From: an uncultured cyanobacterium
GTDB taxonomy: Bacteria > Cyanobacteriota > Cyanobacteriia > Cyanobacteriales > Microcystaceae
Reading direction: 5' to 3'
Assembly: GCA_963807635.1 (NCBI GenBank)
Contig: CAWEDJ010000105.1
Location: 1-64,000 of the forward strand
DNA: 64,000 nt
Below are positions 34,211-45,479 of the stretch, in pieces (position 1 is the first letter of the stretch; each line of letters starts with the position of its first letter). Under the pieces are notes generated by a model that saw only the letters and a list, made by a program, of their open reading frames with translations, had not been told where the DNA came from and searched no databases. The translations under genes and the position numbers were made by a program.

Positions 34211-34552
34211 TTGCTTTTTATTTTAGTAAAAAACTTAATTTCCAGAATTTTAACATATTTTTTCGATGGGTCGCTTTAAACGATTCGACAAAAGCGATCG
34301 CCTTGTCAGCCCCTCACCCAAAGCAGACTTTTATCAATGATTAGAGATTCTTATCGTCAATCCGACAAACAGGTATTGTCAAGACGATTTGTTTTACTCT
34401 ATGATAAATTCCACAAGATAAATTTAAGTCTATGGTAACGGGAATAACAAACCGTCATCGATCGCATCTACATTGATAATTGAGATATATCGCATCCATA
34501 TTGATATATTGAATTGATCACCATCTATTTGATCACTGAGAGGGAGTCCCAA

Positions 34553-36424
34553 ATGTTAGAGAGCCTCAGCCAGGTCGTCTGGCTAGTACCTTGCTATGCC
34601 CTATTAGGGGCAGTTTTAGCCATACCCTGGTTTCCAGGCATTATTCGCCAAACAGGGCCGAGACCTGCGGGCTATATTAGCATCACCATGACGGCGATCG
34701 CCTTTATCCATAGTTTATTGACTCTGAAAACTATCTGGAACCAGCCCGCCACAGACCTATCTTTTCCTTGGCTTCATGCCGCCAATTTGAATATTAGCTT
34801 AGACATCGAAATTTCAACTGTCAATGTCGCCGCTCTGGTCTTAATCACAGGTATAAACCTCCTTGCTCAAACCTATGCTGTTGGCTATCTGGAAATGGAT
34901 TGGGGCTGGGCTAGATTTTACTCCCTGATGGCTCTCTTTCAAGGTGGATTGTGTTCCCTTGTCCTTTGTGACTCCCTCTTCTTTAGCTATGTTGTCCTAG
35001 AAATCTTGACCTTGGGAACCTATTTACTCATTGGTTATTGGTTCAATCAATCCCTAGTGGTTACAGGGGCAAGGGATGCCTTTTTAACCAAACGGGTGGG
35101 AGATTTAATTCTACTCATGGGAGTTGTGGCCTTACTTCCTCTGGCAGGAACCTGGAACTATCACGGGTTAGCAGATTGGGCCGCAACCGCTAATCTTAAT
35201 CCGACTTTAGCTACCTTACTTTGTTTAGCTCTCATTGCTGGCCCCCTCGGTAAATGCGCTCAGTTTCCCTTACATCTTTGGTTAGATGAAGCGATGGAAG
35301 GCCCACTCCCTGCAACTGTTCTACGTAATACCCTAGTGGTGGCGACAGGTGCCTGGGTATTAGTTAAAATTCAACCGATTTTAAGCCTTTCTCCTGTTGC
35401 TTTATCCGTCATGATTGCCATCGGTGCAACTACCGCGATCGGAGCTTCTTTGATTGCGATCGCGCAGATAGATATTAAACGTTCTTTGTCCTATACCGTG
35501 AGTGCTTTTATGGGGTTAATTTTTATTGCAGTTGGTACGGGTCAAACTGATACCGCATTGCAATTAATTTTGACCTATACCCTCGCCATGTCAGTTTTAG
35601 TGATGTGTGTGGGCGGCATCATTTGGAATAATGTTACTCAAGATTTAACTCAATATGGTGGGCTTTGGTCACGTCGTCCGATTTCTGGTTTAAGTTATCT
35701 CGTCGGGATTGCTTCTCTCATCGCCTTGCCTCCCTTTGGAACCTTCTGGGCGTGGTTAAAATTAACCGAATTCTTAGCAGCTCAAAATTCAATTTTACTT
35801 GGAGTTTTACTTCTTGTTAATACCCTGACGGCTTTTAATGTTACCCGCGAATTTTGTTTAATCTTTGGCGGCAAACCTAAACCCATGACCGTGCGATCGC
35901 CTGAAGCCTTATGGCTTTTAGTTGTACCCATGCTAATCACAGTGGGATTTGCCCTTCATGTTCCTTTGATTTTAAAACAAGCAAATTTATTACCCAATTT
36001 TGCCGATATTAACCTAACTGTTACAGGCTTTTTAATCGCTTCTAGTTTAGTGGGTATTTGTAGTTCTGCTTTTATTTATCTCAATCCCAGCATTACTAAA
36101 CCTGTTCAATTACCCATTAAATCCCTTCAAGATTTCTTTGCCTACGATTTATACACAGCCCAACTTTATAAAATCACCATTGTTGCTTTTGTAGGAATCA
36201 TTTCTACTATTGTTAATTGGTTTGATAAATTTATTGTGGATGGAGTCGTTAATTTAGTAGGACTAGCAACGATTTTTGGAGGACAAAGTTTAAAGTATAA
36301 CGTCACAGGACAAACTCAATTTTATGTTCTTTCAATGATGATGGGGATTGCTTTTATTGGACTTTTTATTGCTTGGCCTTTCCTTTCCCATCCTGACCTA
36401 TTCTTAAAATTTGGATTGAGTTAA
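34553..36424 (+). CDS. ndhF3: NDH-1 subunit F3
   Basis: RQTGPRPAGY, EMDWGWARF, WLDEAMEGP; operon with cupA/cupS. Confidence 0.9.
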   Translation: MLESLSQVVWLVPCYALLGAVLAIPWFPGIIRQTGPRPAGYISITMTAIAFIHSLLTLKTIWNQPATDLSFPWLHAANLNISLDIEISTVNVAALVLITGINLLAQTYAVGYLEMDWGWARFYSLMALFQGGLCSLVLCDSLFFSYVVLEILTLGTYLLIGYWFNQSLVVTGARDAFLTKRVGDLILLMGVVALLPLAGTWNYHGLADWAATANLNPTLATLLCLALIAGPLGKCAQFPLHLWLDEAMEGPLPATVLRNTLVVATGAWVLVKIQPILSLSPVALSVMIAIGATTAIGASLIAIAQIDIKRSLSYTVSAFMGLIFIAVGTGQTDTALQLILTYTLAMSVLVMCVGGIIWNNVTQDLTQYGGLWSRRPISGLSYLVGIASLIALPPFGTFWAWLKLTEFLAAQNSILLGVLLLVNTLTAFNVTREFCLIFGGKPKPMTVRSPEALWLLVVPMLITVGFALHVPLILKQANLLPNFADINLTVTGFLIASSLVGICSSAFIYLNPSITKPVQLPIKSLQDFFAYDLYTAQLYKITIVAFVGIISTIVNWFDKFIVDGVVNLVGLATIFGGQSLKYNVTGQTQFYVLSMMMGIAFIGLFIAWPFLSHPDLFLKFGLS

Positions 36425-36581
36425 CAGTCTTTATCAAATTTTCTAACACTTGATTGATCAAGATTAAGTTTTTTACGAAAAATAAAACAAATGTCCTGGT
36501 TAATCCTAAACTAATGTCTTGAGTTATCCCTTAACAGTCTCCAGAAAATTTCAACTAAAGTTAAGTCAGGAATACTAAACC

Positions 36582-37295
36582 ATGAAAGTCAACAACAATC
36601 CTTTGAATGTTAATCGTCGTAGTCTCATCAAATACGGCGGCGGTTTTATCGGAACTAGTTTAATCGCAACTATTGTAGGAAATAATCTGATTGATGCTCC
36701 TATCGCTGAAGCTCAGAATACAAATATCACTCCCGACCAGGCTTTAGAAAAATTACTCTCTGGAAACAAGCGTTTTGTTAATCAAAAACGTTTAAAAGGC
36801 AATCAGAGCAGAGAACGATTAACAGAAGTCGCCCAAGGACAAGAACCCTTTGCCGCAATCCTCAGTTGTGCCGATTCCCGTGTGCCTTCCGAACTAGTTT
36901 TTGATCAAGGTTTAGGTGACTTATTTGTCTGTCGAGTAGCGGGAAATATTGCTACTCCCGCAGAAATTGGTAGCTTAGAATTTGGCACCTTAGTTCTTGG
37001 CTCTAAAGTATTGATGGTCATGGGTCATCAACGTTGTGGGGCAGTTAAAGCGGCTATTAAAGGCGGAGAACTTCCTGGACAAATTGGTAGCGTAATCAAA
37101 AGTATCAATGTTGGAGATGTCCCCTCCACTAGCACAGATGAGGTAAGTTTAGAGAAAGCGGCTAAAGCTAATATTGCTCATCAGGTTGAAGTCCTTAAAA
37201 AATCTCCTGTTTTGAGCGATTTAATTGCTAAGGGAAAACTAAAAATTGTCGGCTCTTATTATGATCTCGATACAGGTAAAGTTTCCCTTATTTAG
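36582..37295 (+). CDS. ecaB: Beta-class carbonic anhydrase with Tat signal
   Basis: RRSL Tat motif; CADSR and HQRCGAV zinc ligands. Confidence 0.82.
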   Translation: MKVNNNPLNVNRRSLIKYGGGFIGTSLIATIVGNNLIDAPIAEAQNTNITPDQALEKLLSGNKRFVNQKRLKGNQSRERLTEVAQGQEPFAAILSCADSRVPSELVFDQGLGDLFVCRVAGNIATPAEIGSLEFGTLVLGSKVLMVMGHQRCGAVKAAIKGGELPGQIGSVIKSINVGDVPSTSTDEVSLEKAAKANIAHQVEVLKKSPVLSDLIAKGKLKIVGSYYDLDTGKVSLI

Positions 37296-37365
37296 TTAGA
37301 TTGAGTTAATTTCTCTAATCATCCTAACTCCTCACTTTCTTGTTTAACTAACTTTTGAAAAAAAT

Positions 37366-38853
37366 ATGCTTAGTAATTTATTAATTTTACCAATTGTGGG
37401 AGCGGCAATCATTGGCTTTTTCCCAGGAAAGCTAGAAGCCCAAAAACTTCGACAAATCACTGAATTTTTTGCAGTCATTACTCTTGGTTGGTCATTGTGG
37501 TTACTCTTCCAATTTGACTTAGGCAATCCGCAATTTCAGTTTGAAGAATATTTACCTTGGATTTCCCAATTAGGATTAAATTATAGTTTAGGAATTGATG
37601 GCTTATCCCTACCGTTAATTATTCTCAATTGTTTATTAACAGGAATTGCCATCTATAGCATTGGCCCCAATTTAAATCGATCGCGATTGTACTATGCCCT
37701 GATATTGTTCATTAACGCAGGAATTTCTGGGGCATTAATGGCAGAAAATCTATTATTGTTTATTATCTTTTATGAACTAGAATTAATTCCTTTCTATTTA
37801 ATGATTGCCATTTGGGGCGGAGAAAAAAGGGGTTACGCTTCCATTAAATTTTTGCTCTATACCGCCATGTCAGGGCTATTAGTTCTAGCCGCATTTTTAG
37901 GAATTGGCTTTGCAAGTAATACGACTAGTTTTGATTACAATCCTTTAGCGACCCAAAGCCTTGATCCTAATACCCAATTAATTTTATTAGGCTTAATTGT
38001 GGTTGGGTTTGGTATTAAAATTCCCTTGGTTCCCCTCCATACCTGGTTGCCTGATGCCTACACAGAAGCGACTCCTGCGACAGCGATTTTATTAGGCGGA
38101 ATCTTAGCCAAATTAGGAACCTATGGTCTCATTCGTTTCGGCTTACAACTGTTTCCCCAAGCTTGGACAATGATTGCCCCCAGCCTCGCGATTATTGGCA
38201 CCATTACGGTCATGTACGGAGCCTTAGCCGCGATCGCCCAAAGAGACATTAAACGAATGGTCGCCTACAGTTCCATCGGTCACATGGGCTATATTCTTGT
38301 CGCCGCCGCAGCAGGAACCGAACTGAGTGTATTGGGAGCCGTTGCTCAGATGGTCAGTCACGGCTTAATCTTAGCTCTACTTTTCCATCTCGTAGGCATT
38401 GTCGAACGCAAAGCGGGAACTCGTGATCTAGACATTCTCAATGGTTTAATGAATCCGATTCGGGGACTTCCCTTAGTCAGTGCCTTGCTCATTACCGCAG
38501 GGATGGCGAGTGCGGGTATTCCTGGCTTGGTCGGGTTTGCGGCTGAATTTATCGTCTTTCAGGGAAGCTTTACGACTTTTCCCATTCCCACTCTGCTTTG
38601 TATTTTAGCGTCAGGATTAACCGCCGTTTATTTTGTTATTTTATTAAACCGTACTTGCTTCGGTAAATTGAATAACGATTTCGCCTACTATCCCAAAGTT
38701 TTAGCATCCGAAACGATCCCTGCTTTAGTATTAACTGCAATCATTTTATTTTTAGGAATTCAGCCCAATTTACTGGTCAAATGGATTGAACCAACAACCA
38801 ATAATATCATCGCTCAATTCCCTACCTCAGAACAAATTGCACAGAAATTGTAG
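37366..38853 (+). CDS. ndhD3: NDH-1 subunit D3
   Basis: NuoM-like, HTWLPDAY, GLMNPIRGLP, NRTCFGKL. Confidence 0.9.
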   Translation: MLSNLLILPIVGAAIIGFFPGKLEAQKLRQITEFFAVITLGWSLWLLFQFDLGNPQFQFEEYLPWISQLGLNYSLGIDGLSLPLIILNCLLTGIAIYSIGPNLNRSRLYYALILFINAGISGALMAENLLLFIIFYELELIPFYLMIAIWGGEKRGYASIKFLLYTAMSGLLVLAAFLGIGFASNTTSFDYNPLATQSLDPNTQLILLGLIVVGFGIKIPLVPLHTWLPDAYTEATPATAILLGGILAKLGTYGLIRFGLQLFPQAWTMIAPSLAIIGTITVMYGALAAIAQRDIKRMVAYSSIGHMGYILVAAAAGTELSVLGAVAQMVSHGLILALLFHLVGIVERKAGTRDLDILNGLMNPIRGLPLVSALLITAGMASAGIPGLVGFAAEFIVFQGSFTTFPIPTLLCILASGLTAVYFVILLNRTCFGKLNNDFAYYPKVLASETIPALVLTAIILFLGIQPNLLVKWIEPTTNNIIAQFPTSEQIAQKL

Positions 38854-38965
38854 TCACAAACTTCTTTTTTTTAAAGAGGCTAGGAGCGATCAAACTTTCA
38901 AAAGGTCATAAGCATATCAGCCCCTACAAAAAGATTTACTTGATTCACTGTTAAACATTAAACAT

Positions 38966-40260
38966 ATGACTGCTACCTTAATCACTCCCAAAATTGCACC
39001 GTCTAAACATCCCCACGCAGACATTATTCATCGCCTTGAAGCGGGTGGCTCTATGTTACCTGACACGCCTGAAAATTTGATGCAAATTATTGGTATTTAT
39101 AAAGCCTACGCTGTACCGATGGATTTTTATTGGCGAGATTTATTGTACATTGCCGAACGAGTTTTTCTTGAACCGTTGCCTTTCTTTAAATACTTCTTGT
39201 CCAGGAATATTTAGACTTAGAAAATCATTATGCAGGGGATAATGCTGATCTAAGAATTTGGCGGGGTATAGGGACAGCCCATCCTGAATTATTAGAATTT
39301 ATGGAAAAAGGTAAAACCCGAAAAATGCCGAAATTGTTTCATCATCTTTGGCACGATCGCATCAATATGGAATTCGCTGAAGCCTGTATGCAAGCGATGT
39401 TATGGCATGGTCGGGATATGGGCATGGGAAAATTTGATGCCTACCTGGATAGCGACGAATACAAAGCCAATGCGGACAAGGCGATTAAAGCCTATTTTAA
39501 AAAGAATCCACCCATGTTGGCTCTCTATAAACTCTTTCCCGAAATGTTTTTAGAGCAAGTGAGAATGATGTCCTATTACTCTAATTTAGGGCTGTTTTGG
39601 GAAGTGATGGCCCCCGTCTTTTTTGAAATGTCAGATATTTACGATGAAGGTGGTTTTAAAGGCGTTCCTGATGCCATGAATTTTTTGGTAAACGGTATTT
39701 TTGCGATCGCGGGTCGTCCTATTTATCATCATGTTTATATTGGTGATGAATGTTTTGAAATCATTCCTAAATCTAAGGGTTTTACCTGGCTCTATGAAGC
39801 CGCTTTGCCCTACGTGGAAGCAGTGTTTTACCGCACTTCCCCCTTCCGAGGAACCAAGTCCTATAATGCCCAGGCAAAACAAGTTCCCGAAGACCAAAAA
39901 GATTTCCATTACGGAATTTTATACGCTGATGTTTTTCCCGTTGGGACTGCTGGTATTCCTCCCACTTTATTAATGGATGATATGTACCATTTTCTACCCG
40001 ATTATTTGGTTAAATATTATCAAGAACACTGTCGCGGTGAAGATGACGTTTTGATTCAATTAGGCATTACCTTTCAGCGATCGATGTATAACGTAACTTC
40101 GGCAGTTATTCAGGCATTACGCACTGCCCTTTTGTACCCCTTAGATGATCCTAATCCCCGACACTTAGAAAAAAATCGTCAATTTTTTGAATCCCAAATG
40201 GATCGCTTTCTACGTCCCGAAGCCCGTTTACGTGATGTTCAAAGTTCAGATTACCGTTAA
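38966..40260 (+). CDS. cupA: CO2 hydration protein CupA (ChpY); frameshift near 39200
   Basis: RLEAGGSMLPDTPEN, HDRINMEFAEAC, PFRGTKSYNAQA. Confidence 0.92.
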
Positions 40261-40262
40261 AA

Positions 40263-40382
40263 TCCCCCCTAACCCTCCAACTTTGGGGGGAATCAGAATC
40301 TAAGTGATTCGGTTAAGTAGATATTGCAAATTCTAAACAGTTCTTTTCTTTAAGTCCCCCAGCATTGGGGGATTTAGGGGGC
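40263..40382. repeat. CCCCC..GGGGG short dispersed palindromic repeats
   Basis: CCCTCCAACTTTGGGGGG and TCCCCCAGCATTGGGGGATTTAGGGGG; same family at 51427-51630. Confidence 0.55.
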
Positions 40383-40429
40383 GGAAAATAAACAAAAGCT
40401 CACAAATTAATTACATTAGAGAGAAAATT

Positions 40430-40831
40430 ATGCCTGATATTGTCGATATTGCTGTTAGTAACGAAGGATTTTCTACCCTAGTTACCGCCGTTAAAGCTGC
40501 CAACTTAGTCGAAACTTTAAAAAGCCCTGGCCCCTTTACCGTTTTCGCGCCGACCGATGATGCATTTGCCAAACTTCCCCCTGGAACGATTACTACGTTG
40601 GTACAAAATATTCCTCAATTAACGCGTATTTTGTGTTATCACGTTGTCCCAGGCAAGTTAATGAAAGCGGATTTAGAAAAATTATCATCTGTAAACTCTG
40701 TGGAAGGTTCCCCAATTTCTTTAGATTTTACCGAAGCTTTTGAAGTCAAAAATGCCACTGTTATCGCGGCAGATATTGAAGCGGATAATGGGGTCATTCA
40801 TGTTATTGATAACGTCATTTTAATGGGATGA
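40430..40831 (+). CDS. cupS: Fasciclin-domain protein CupS
   Basis: [22 protein letters not shown]; follows cupA. Confidence 0.88.
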   Translation: MPDIVDIAVSNEGFSTLVTAVKAANLVETLKSPGPFTVFAPTDDAFAKLPPGTITTLVQNIPQLTRILCYHVVPGKLMKADLEKLSSVNSVEGSPISLDFTEAFEVKNATVIAADIEADNGVIHVIDNVILMG

Positions 40832-40874
40832 TCGATATTGACAGTGTGTTGTAATTAAATCCCCTGTGGATTAA

Positions 40875-40898
40875 GGACAGAATATGTTATGTCCCTAC
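40875..40898 (-). repeat. GTAG-type REP-like palindrome
   Basis: Minus strand GTAGGGACATAACATATTCTGTCC between convergent genes. Confidence 0.45.
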
Positions 40899-40942
40899 AA
40901 AAAAATTATCTGCTATTATAATGCAATTGAATTTAACTGTTA

Positions 40943-42547
40943 TTAGCATTTTTTTAATTGACTCAATAAAATAATAATAGAGTCGATCGCCTTCCTTAAA
41001 ATAGGGGAAGATTGTTCACTGTTATTCACTAAAATACTAAATACTAAGGGTTCAAAATTGGGATTATCTAAATAACCTGAAAGGGTAGAAGATCCCGATA
41101 AAGTTCCTGTTTTAGCTTTTAACTTACCTGCCACAGCCGTATCTTGAAAACGATTACTTAAGGTTCCTTTTTCAGCCGCGATCGCTAAAGATTTTCGGTA
41201 ACTTTCTGCGTGAAGAGATTGGGCCATTGCGGTTAATAATTGAACAAAGATTTCAGGAGAAACTAAATTTTGTCGAGACAAACCCGAACCATCTTTTAAT
41301 AGATAACCATTCGGGTCTAGCCCCAGGGATTGAAGAATATTTTTTAAACTATCCAGAGAATCAGATTTTTCTTTAATTAAATTTAATAACGCCTCTGCAT
41401 ATAAATTATTACTTTCTTGATTGGTTTCCGTAATTAATTCTTGAATAGTCGGTGAAGAAATTTCTAGGAGTAATTTATCTTGGCTGTTAAGAGAAATATT
41501 ACTCACCATTTCTAGTTGATCAACTTGGATTCCTACTTCCGTTAAAACTTGTTGAAAGGATTCGGCAAAATAACGAACAGGATCGGGAATGGCGATCGCC
41601 GAAACATCGGGTTCGGATGAAATACTTAATTCACCTTCTAAAACGAGGACAGATTTCCCTAGAATGCCTTTAATTGATAGGGCTTGGGAAGGATTCCCCG
41701 CTACGGTACGAGTTTGATTAATGACTTGCCATTGTTTCCCCGCGATCGCATCAGACCAGACAACTTTTAGCGGTTGCCCAATCCGTTGGGGAGATAGGGT
41801 TAAATTAACAGCATTTTGATTGAGAATTAACTGATTAATGGCAGGGGCATAATAAAAATGAATATCTTCCCATTCCCAGGTTGGCTTCAAATAGTTCTGA
41901 GGAAGGGTATGATCTTCCAGAATTAATTTTGCAACTTGTTTAATTCCTTGGGATTTGAGCGTATTTGCAACGGTTTTTAATTGCTCAATCGTTAGACTCG
42001 GATCACCTTTTCCAATGAGACTTAAACGACTTAATCTAGGGCTATTTCCCTGATAATAAATAGGGGTTTTAATCTGATAGTTTTCACCCAATTTAACTAA
42101 AGCGGCTGCTGTTGTTAAGAGTTTTGTATTAGAAGCAGGTATCAAAAATTGATTTTCATTATGCCCATAAAGAGTTATTGGTTTTTCTAGGGTTTTAATT
42201 AAAATTCCCCAATGAGCTTTTTGCAGTTTAGAATCAGTCATTAAACTATCAATTTTTTGGGGCAAATCTACAGGACAAATTGTGTTAGTTGCTTGATCGA
42301 TATCTGTAGATGAATTTTGCGCGATCGCGATCGGTAAATTCTGACTCGTTGCAATTTGAACAGGAATCAATAACTCAAAAAGAATCAGTAGTATAGAAAA
42401 AATAGGGTTGATACTCGACAATGACTTCCAACATTTGTTACTATATTTCATAGGATAATGATATAAAGTCATAAATTTTATCTTCAAAAATATGACGTAA
42501 AAAAAATCTTTTGGTTTCAAATTCAGAAAATTACGACAAATCACCAC
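40943..42547 (-). CDS. dacB: D-alanyl-D-alanine carboxypeptidase/endopeptidase (PBP4); start uncertain
   Basis: PASNTK, SNN, DGSGLSR, KTGT motifs. Confidence 0.9.
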   Translation of the reverse strand: MVICRNFLNLKPKDFFYVIFLKIKFMTLYHYPMKYSNKCWKSLSSINPIFSILLILFELLIPVQIATSQNLPIAIAQNSSTDIDQATNTICPVDLPQKIDSLMTDSKLQKAHWGILIKTLEKPITLYGHNENQFLIPASNTKLLTTAAALVKLGENYQIKTPIYYQGNSPRLSRLSLIGKGDPSLTIEQLKTVANTLKSQGIKQVAKLILEDHTLPQNYLKPTWEWEDIHFYYAPAINQLILNQNAVNLTLSPQRIGQPLKVVWSDAIAGKQWQVINQTRTVAGNPSQALSIKGILGKSVLVLEGELSISSEPDVSAIAIPDPVRYFAESFQQVLTEVGIQVDQLEMVSNISLNSQDKLLLEISSPTIQELITETNQESNNLYAEALLNLIKEKSDSLDSLKNILQSLGLDPNGYLLKDGSGLSRQNLVSPEIFVQLLTAMAQSLHAESYRKSLAIAAEKGTLSNRFQDTAVAGKLKAKTGTLSGSSTLSGYLDNPNFEPLVFSILVNNSEQSSPILRKAIDSIIILLSQLKKC

Positions 42548-42563
42548 AAAAAAGAGGTAGTAA

Positions 42564-43919
42564 GTGAGTTACGATTTTGATTTATTTGTGATCGGTGGCG
42601 GTTCAGGAGGAATTGCTACAGCCAGACGAGCGGCGGAATATGGTGCGAAGGTGGGACTCGCAGAAAATGACCGATTAGGCGGAACCTGTGTCAATCGGGG
42701 TTGTGTTCCCAAGAAATTGTTAGTTTATGCGTCTCGTTTTGTGGATCATTTCAAAGAAGCGGAAGGATACGGTTGGAGTCCTATTCAAAGTCAATGTGAT
42801 TGGAAAAAATTAATTACAGCAGTTAATCAGGAAGTTGATCGTTTAAATGGGATTTATCAACGAATGTTAGATACTTCTCAGGTTAAAATTTTTCCAGAAT
42901 TTGCGCGTTTTCTTGATCCCCATACCCTACAAGTGGGAGAGCAACAAATTACTGCTGATAAAGTTCTAATTGCCGTTGGTGGCTATCCCGTTAGACCGCC
43001 CATTCCTGGGATTGAACACGCGATTCTTTCTGATGATCTTTTTAATTTGCAGGAACAGCCGAAACATTTCGTCGTTTTAGGGGGTGGATATATTGGCGTA
43101 GAATTTGCTTGTTTGATGAATAAATTGGGTTCTAAAGTAACGCAAATTATTCGACAGGATAAAATTCTACGGGGCTTTGAGGAAGATCTACGGACGGAAA
43201 TTCAAGAGTCCATGATTAAGCACGGAATTAATATTATTAATAATAATCAATTAATTGGCATTACTAAGGGAGAAGAAGGGCTTTCTATCCAACTCAAGAA
43301 TAAAGCGGGAGAAGATCATATTATGAGCGTGGATGCTCTCACTTTGGCGGCCTTGGGAAGAAAGGCAAAATTAGAAAATCTAGGGCTAGAAAATACTGCT
43401 GTTGAAGTTAAGAATGATACCATTATGGTGGATAAATATAGTCACACTGCCGAGCCTAATATTTTTTCCGTTGGTGATTGTACAGATCGCATTAATTTAA
43501 CCCCCGTTGCCATTAATGAAGGTCGTGCTTTAGCGGATACGGAATTTGGTGGGAAGTCTCGAATAATGAGCCATGAAAATGTTCCTTCTGCGGTGTTTAG
43601 TACCCCTGAAGCCGCTACGGTGGGATTGACAGAAATTGAAGCTAAGGAGAAGTTTGGAGAAGAAAACATTCAGATTTTTCGCAGTAAATTCCGCTCTATG
43701 TATTACACCTTACCTAATCTGGATGAAAAGACCTTAATGAAATTAGTGGTTCACGCAGAAACCAATAAAGTGTTAGGGGCGCACATGGTAGGGGATTACG
43801 CAGGAGAAATTATTCAAGGAGTCGCGATCGCGGTCAAAATGGGGGCGACTAAAGCGGATTTTGATGCAACGGTGGGGATTCATCCGACCTCGGCAGAAGA
43901 ATTTGTGACCATGCGTTAG
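42564..43919 (+). CDS. gor: Glutathione reductase
   Basis: GGTCVNRGCVPKK, GGGYIG, HPTSAEEFVTMR. Confidence 0.95.
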   Translation: MSYDFDLFVIGGGSGGIATARRAAEYGAKVGLAENDRLGGTCVNRGCVPKKLLVYASRFVDHFKEAEGYGWSPIQSQCDWKKLITAVNQEVDRLNGIYQRMLDTSQVKIFPEFARFLDPHTLQVGEQQITADKVLIAVGGYPVRPPIPGIEHAILSDDLFNLQEQPKHFVVLGGGYIGVEFACLMNKLGSKVTQIIRQDKILRGFEEDLRTEIQESMIKHGINIINNNQLIGITKGEEGLSIQLKNKAGEDHIMSVDALTLAALGRKAKLENLGLENTAVEVKNDTIMVDKYSHTAEPNIFSVGDCTDRINLTPVAINEGRALADTEFGGKSRIMSHENVPSAVFSTPEAATVGLTEIEAKEKFGEENIQIFRSKFRSMYYTLPNLDEKTLMKLVVHAETNKVLGAHMVGDYAGEIIQGVAIAVKMGATKADFDATVGIHPTSAEEFVTMR

Positions 43920-44050
43920 TTTGATGATTTGGAGGAACTATCTAAAAAAATTTCTCCAGATCTTCATTTTGTTCTATAGCAGACTACTGAGATAGGAGAT
44001 AATCTGTATATTGGTTTGCGTTCACTCTTTGTGAGTAGTCAATTTATAGA

Positions 44051-45441
44051 ATGGTCAATCTAACCCCGAATCCCAGCTACAGTGTTAATCTCCGCATTGA
44101 ATTACCCAATCGCTCAGGGACACTTGCCAATGTTACCAACGCGATCGCCTCTGAGGGAGGGAGTTTCGGACAAATTTCTCTCATCGAAAGTACGCTTAAA
44201 ATTACCCAACGAGAAATCACCGTTAATGCCTCTAGCGCAGAACACGCCGAAAGAATTGTCGATGCGGTCAAAGCCTTAGAAGACGTTAAATTAATCAGTG
44301 TTTCTGACCGTACCTTTGATTTGCACAAAAATGGGAAAATTACCGTCGAAAGTCGGATTCCCATCACCTCTCAAGCGGATTTGGCAATGGCCTATCCCCA
44401 GGGGTCGGTCGAATTTGTCGCGCGATCGCCGATGATCCCGATCTGGTTTATTCCCTCACCATTAAAGGAAATACGGTGGCGGTTGTGACCGATGGCAGTG
44501 CCGTTTTAGGATTAGGGAATTTGGGGCAAGAGGCCGCTTTGCCCGTGATGGAAGGAAAAGCCATGCTATTTAAGCAATTTGCAGGAATTGATGCCTTTCC
44601 TATTTGTTTAGACACCCAGGACACGGAAGAAATCATCAAAGCGGTGAAACAAATCGCACCCGTTTTTGGTGGCGTTAACCTGGAAGATATTGCGGCTCCG
44701 CGTTGCTTTGAGATCGAAGCCCGTTTGCGCCAAGAATTAAAAATTCCCGTTTTCCATGATGATCAACACGGAACGGCGATCGTCACCTTAGCCGCTTTAA
44801 TTAATGCGCTGAAACTGGTGAATAAATCCTTTGATTCCGTCCGAATCGTGATTAATGGGGCAGGGGCGGCAGGATTAGCGATCGCCTCTTTATTGCAAAA
44901 AGCAGGAGCGGCGACCATCTGGGTTTGTGACTCTAAAGGGATTCTTTCTAAAAATCGGACTGATTTGAATTCTCAAAAATTAGCCTATGCCGTCAGTGCA
45001 ACAGGAACCTTAGCCGATGCGATGGAAGGAGCCGACATCTTTTTGGGAGTTAGTGCGCCTGGCGTTGTCTCACGAGAAATGGTGAAATCGATGGCAAAAA
45101 ATCCCATTGTCTTTGCGATGGCTAATCCGATTCCCGAAATTCAACCTGAACTGATCATTCATGATGTGGCAGTGATGGCAACGGGGCGCAGTGATTATCC
45201 TAATCAAATCAATAACGTTTTGGCGTTTCCTGGGGTCTTTCGTGGAGCCTTGGACTGTCGAGCCAGGACAATTACCGATAATATGTATTTAGAAGCGGCT
45301 AAAGCGATCGCCTCTCTGGTTTCGATTCATCAACTCGACAAGGAACATATTGTCCCCTCGGTCTTTGATCCCAGGGTATCCAGTGCGGTGGCGGGTGCCG
45401 TTCAACACGCGGCTCGTACCGAAGGCATCGCGGCCCAATAA
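44051..45441 (+). CDS. NAD(P)-dependent malic enzyme with N-terminal ACT domain; frameshift near 44395
   Basis: VTDGSAVLGLGN, NLEDI, HDDQHGTA, TGRSDYPNQINN. Confidence 0.92.
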
Positions 45442-45479
45442 TCTCTCATAGCGGCAATTGAATTGTCACTCTAGATACC

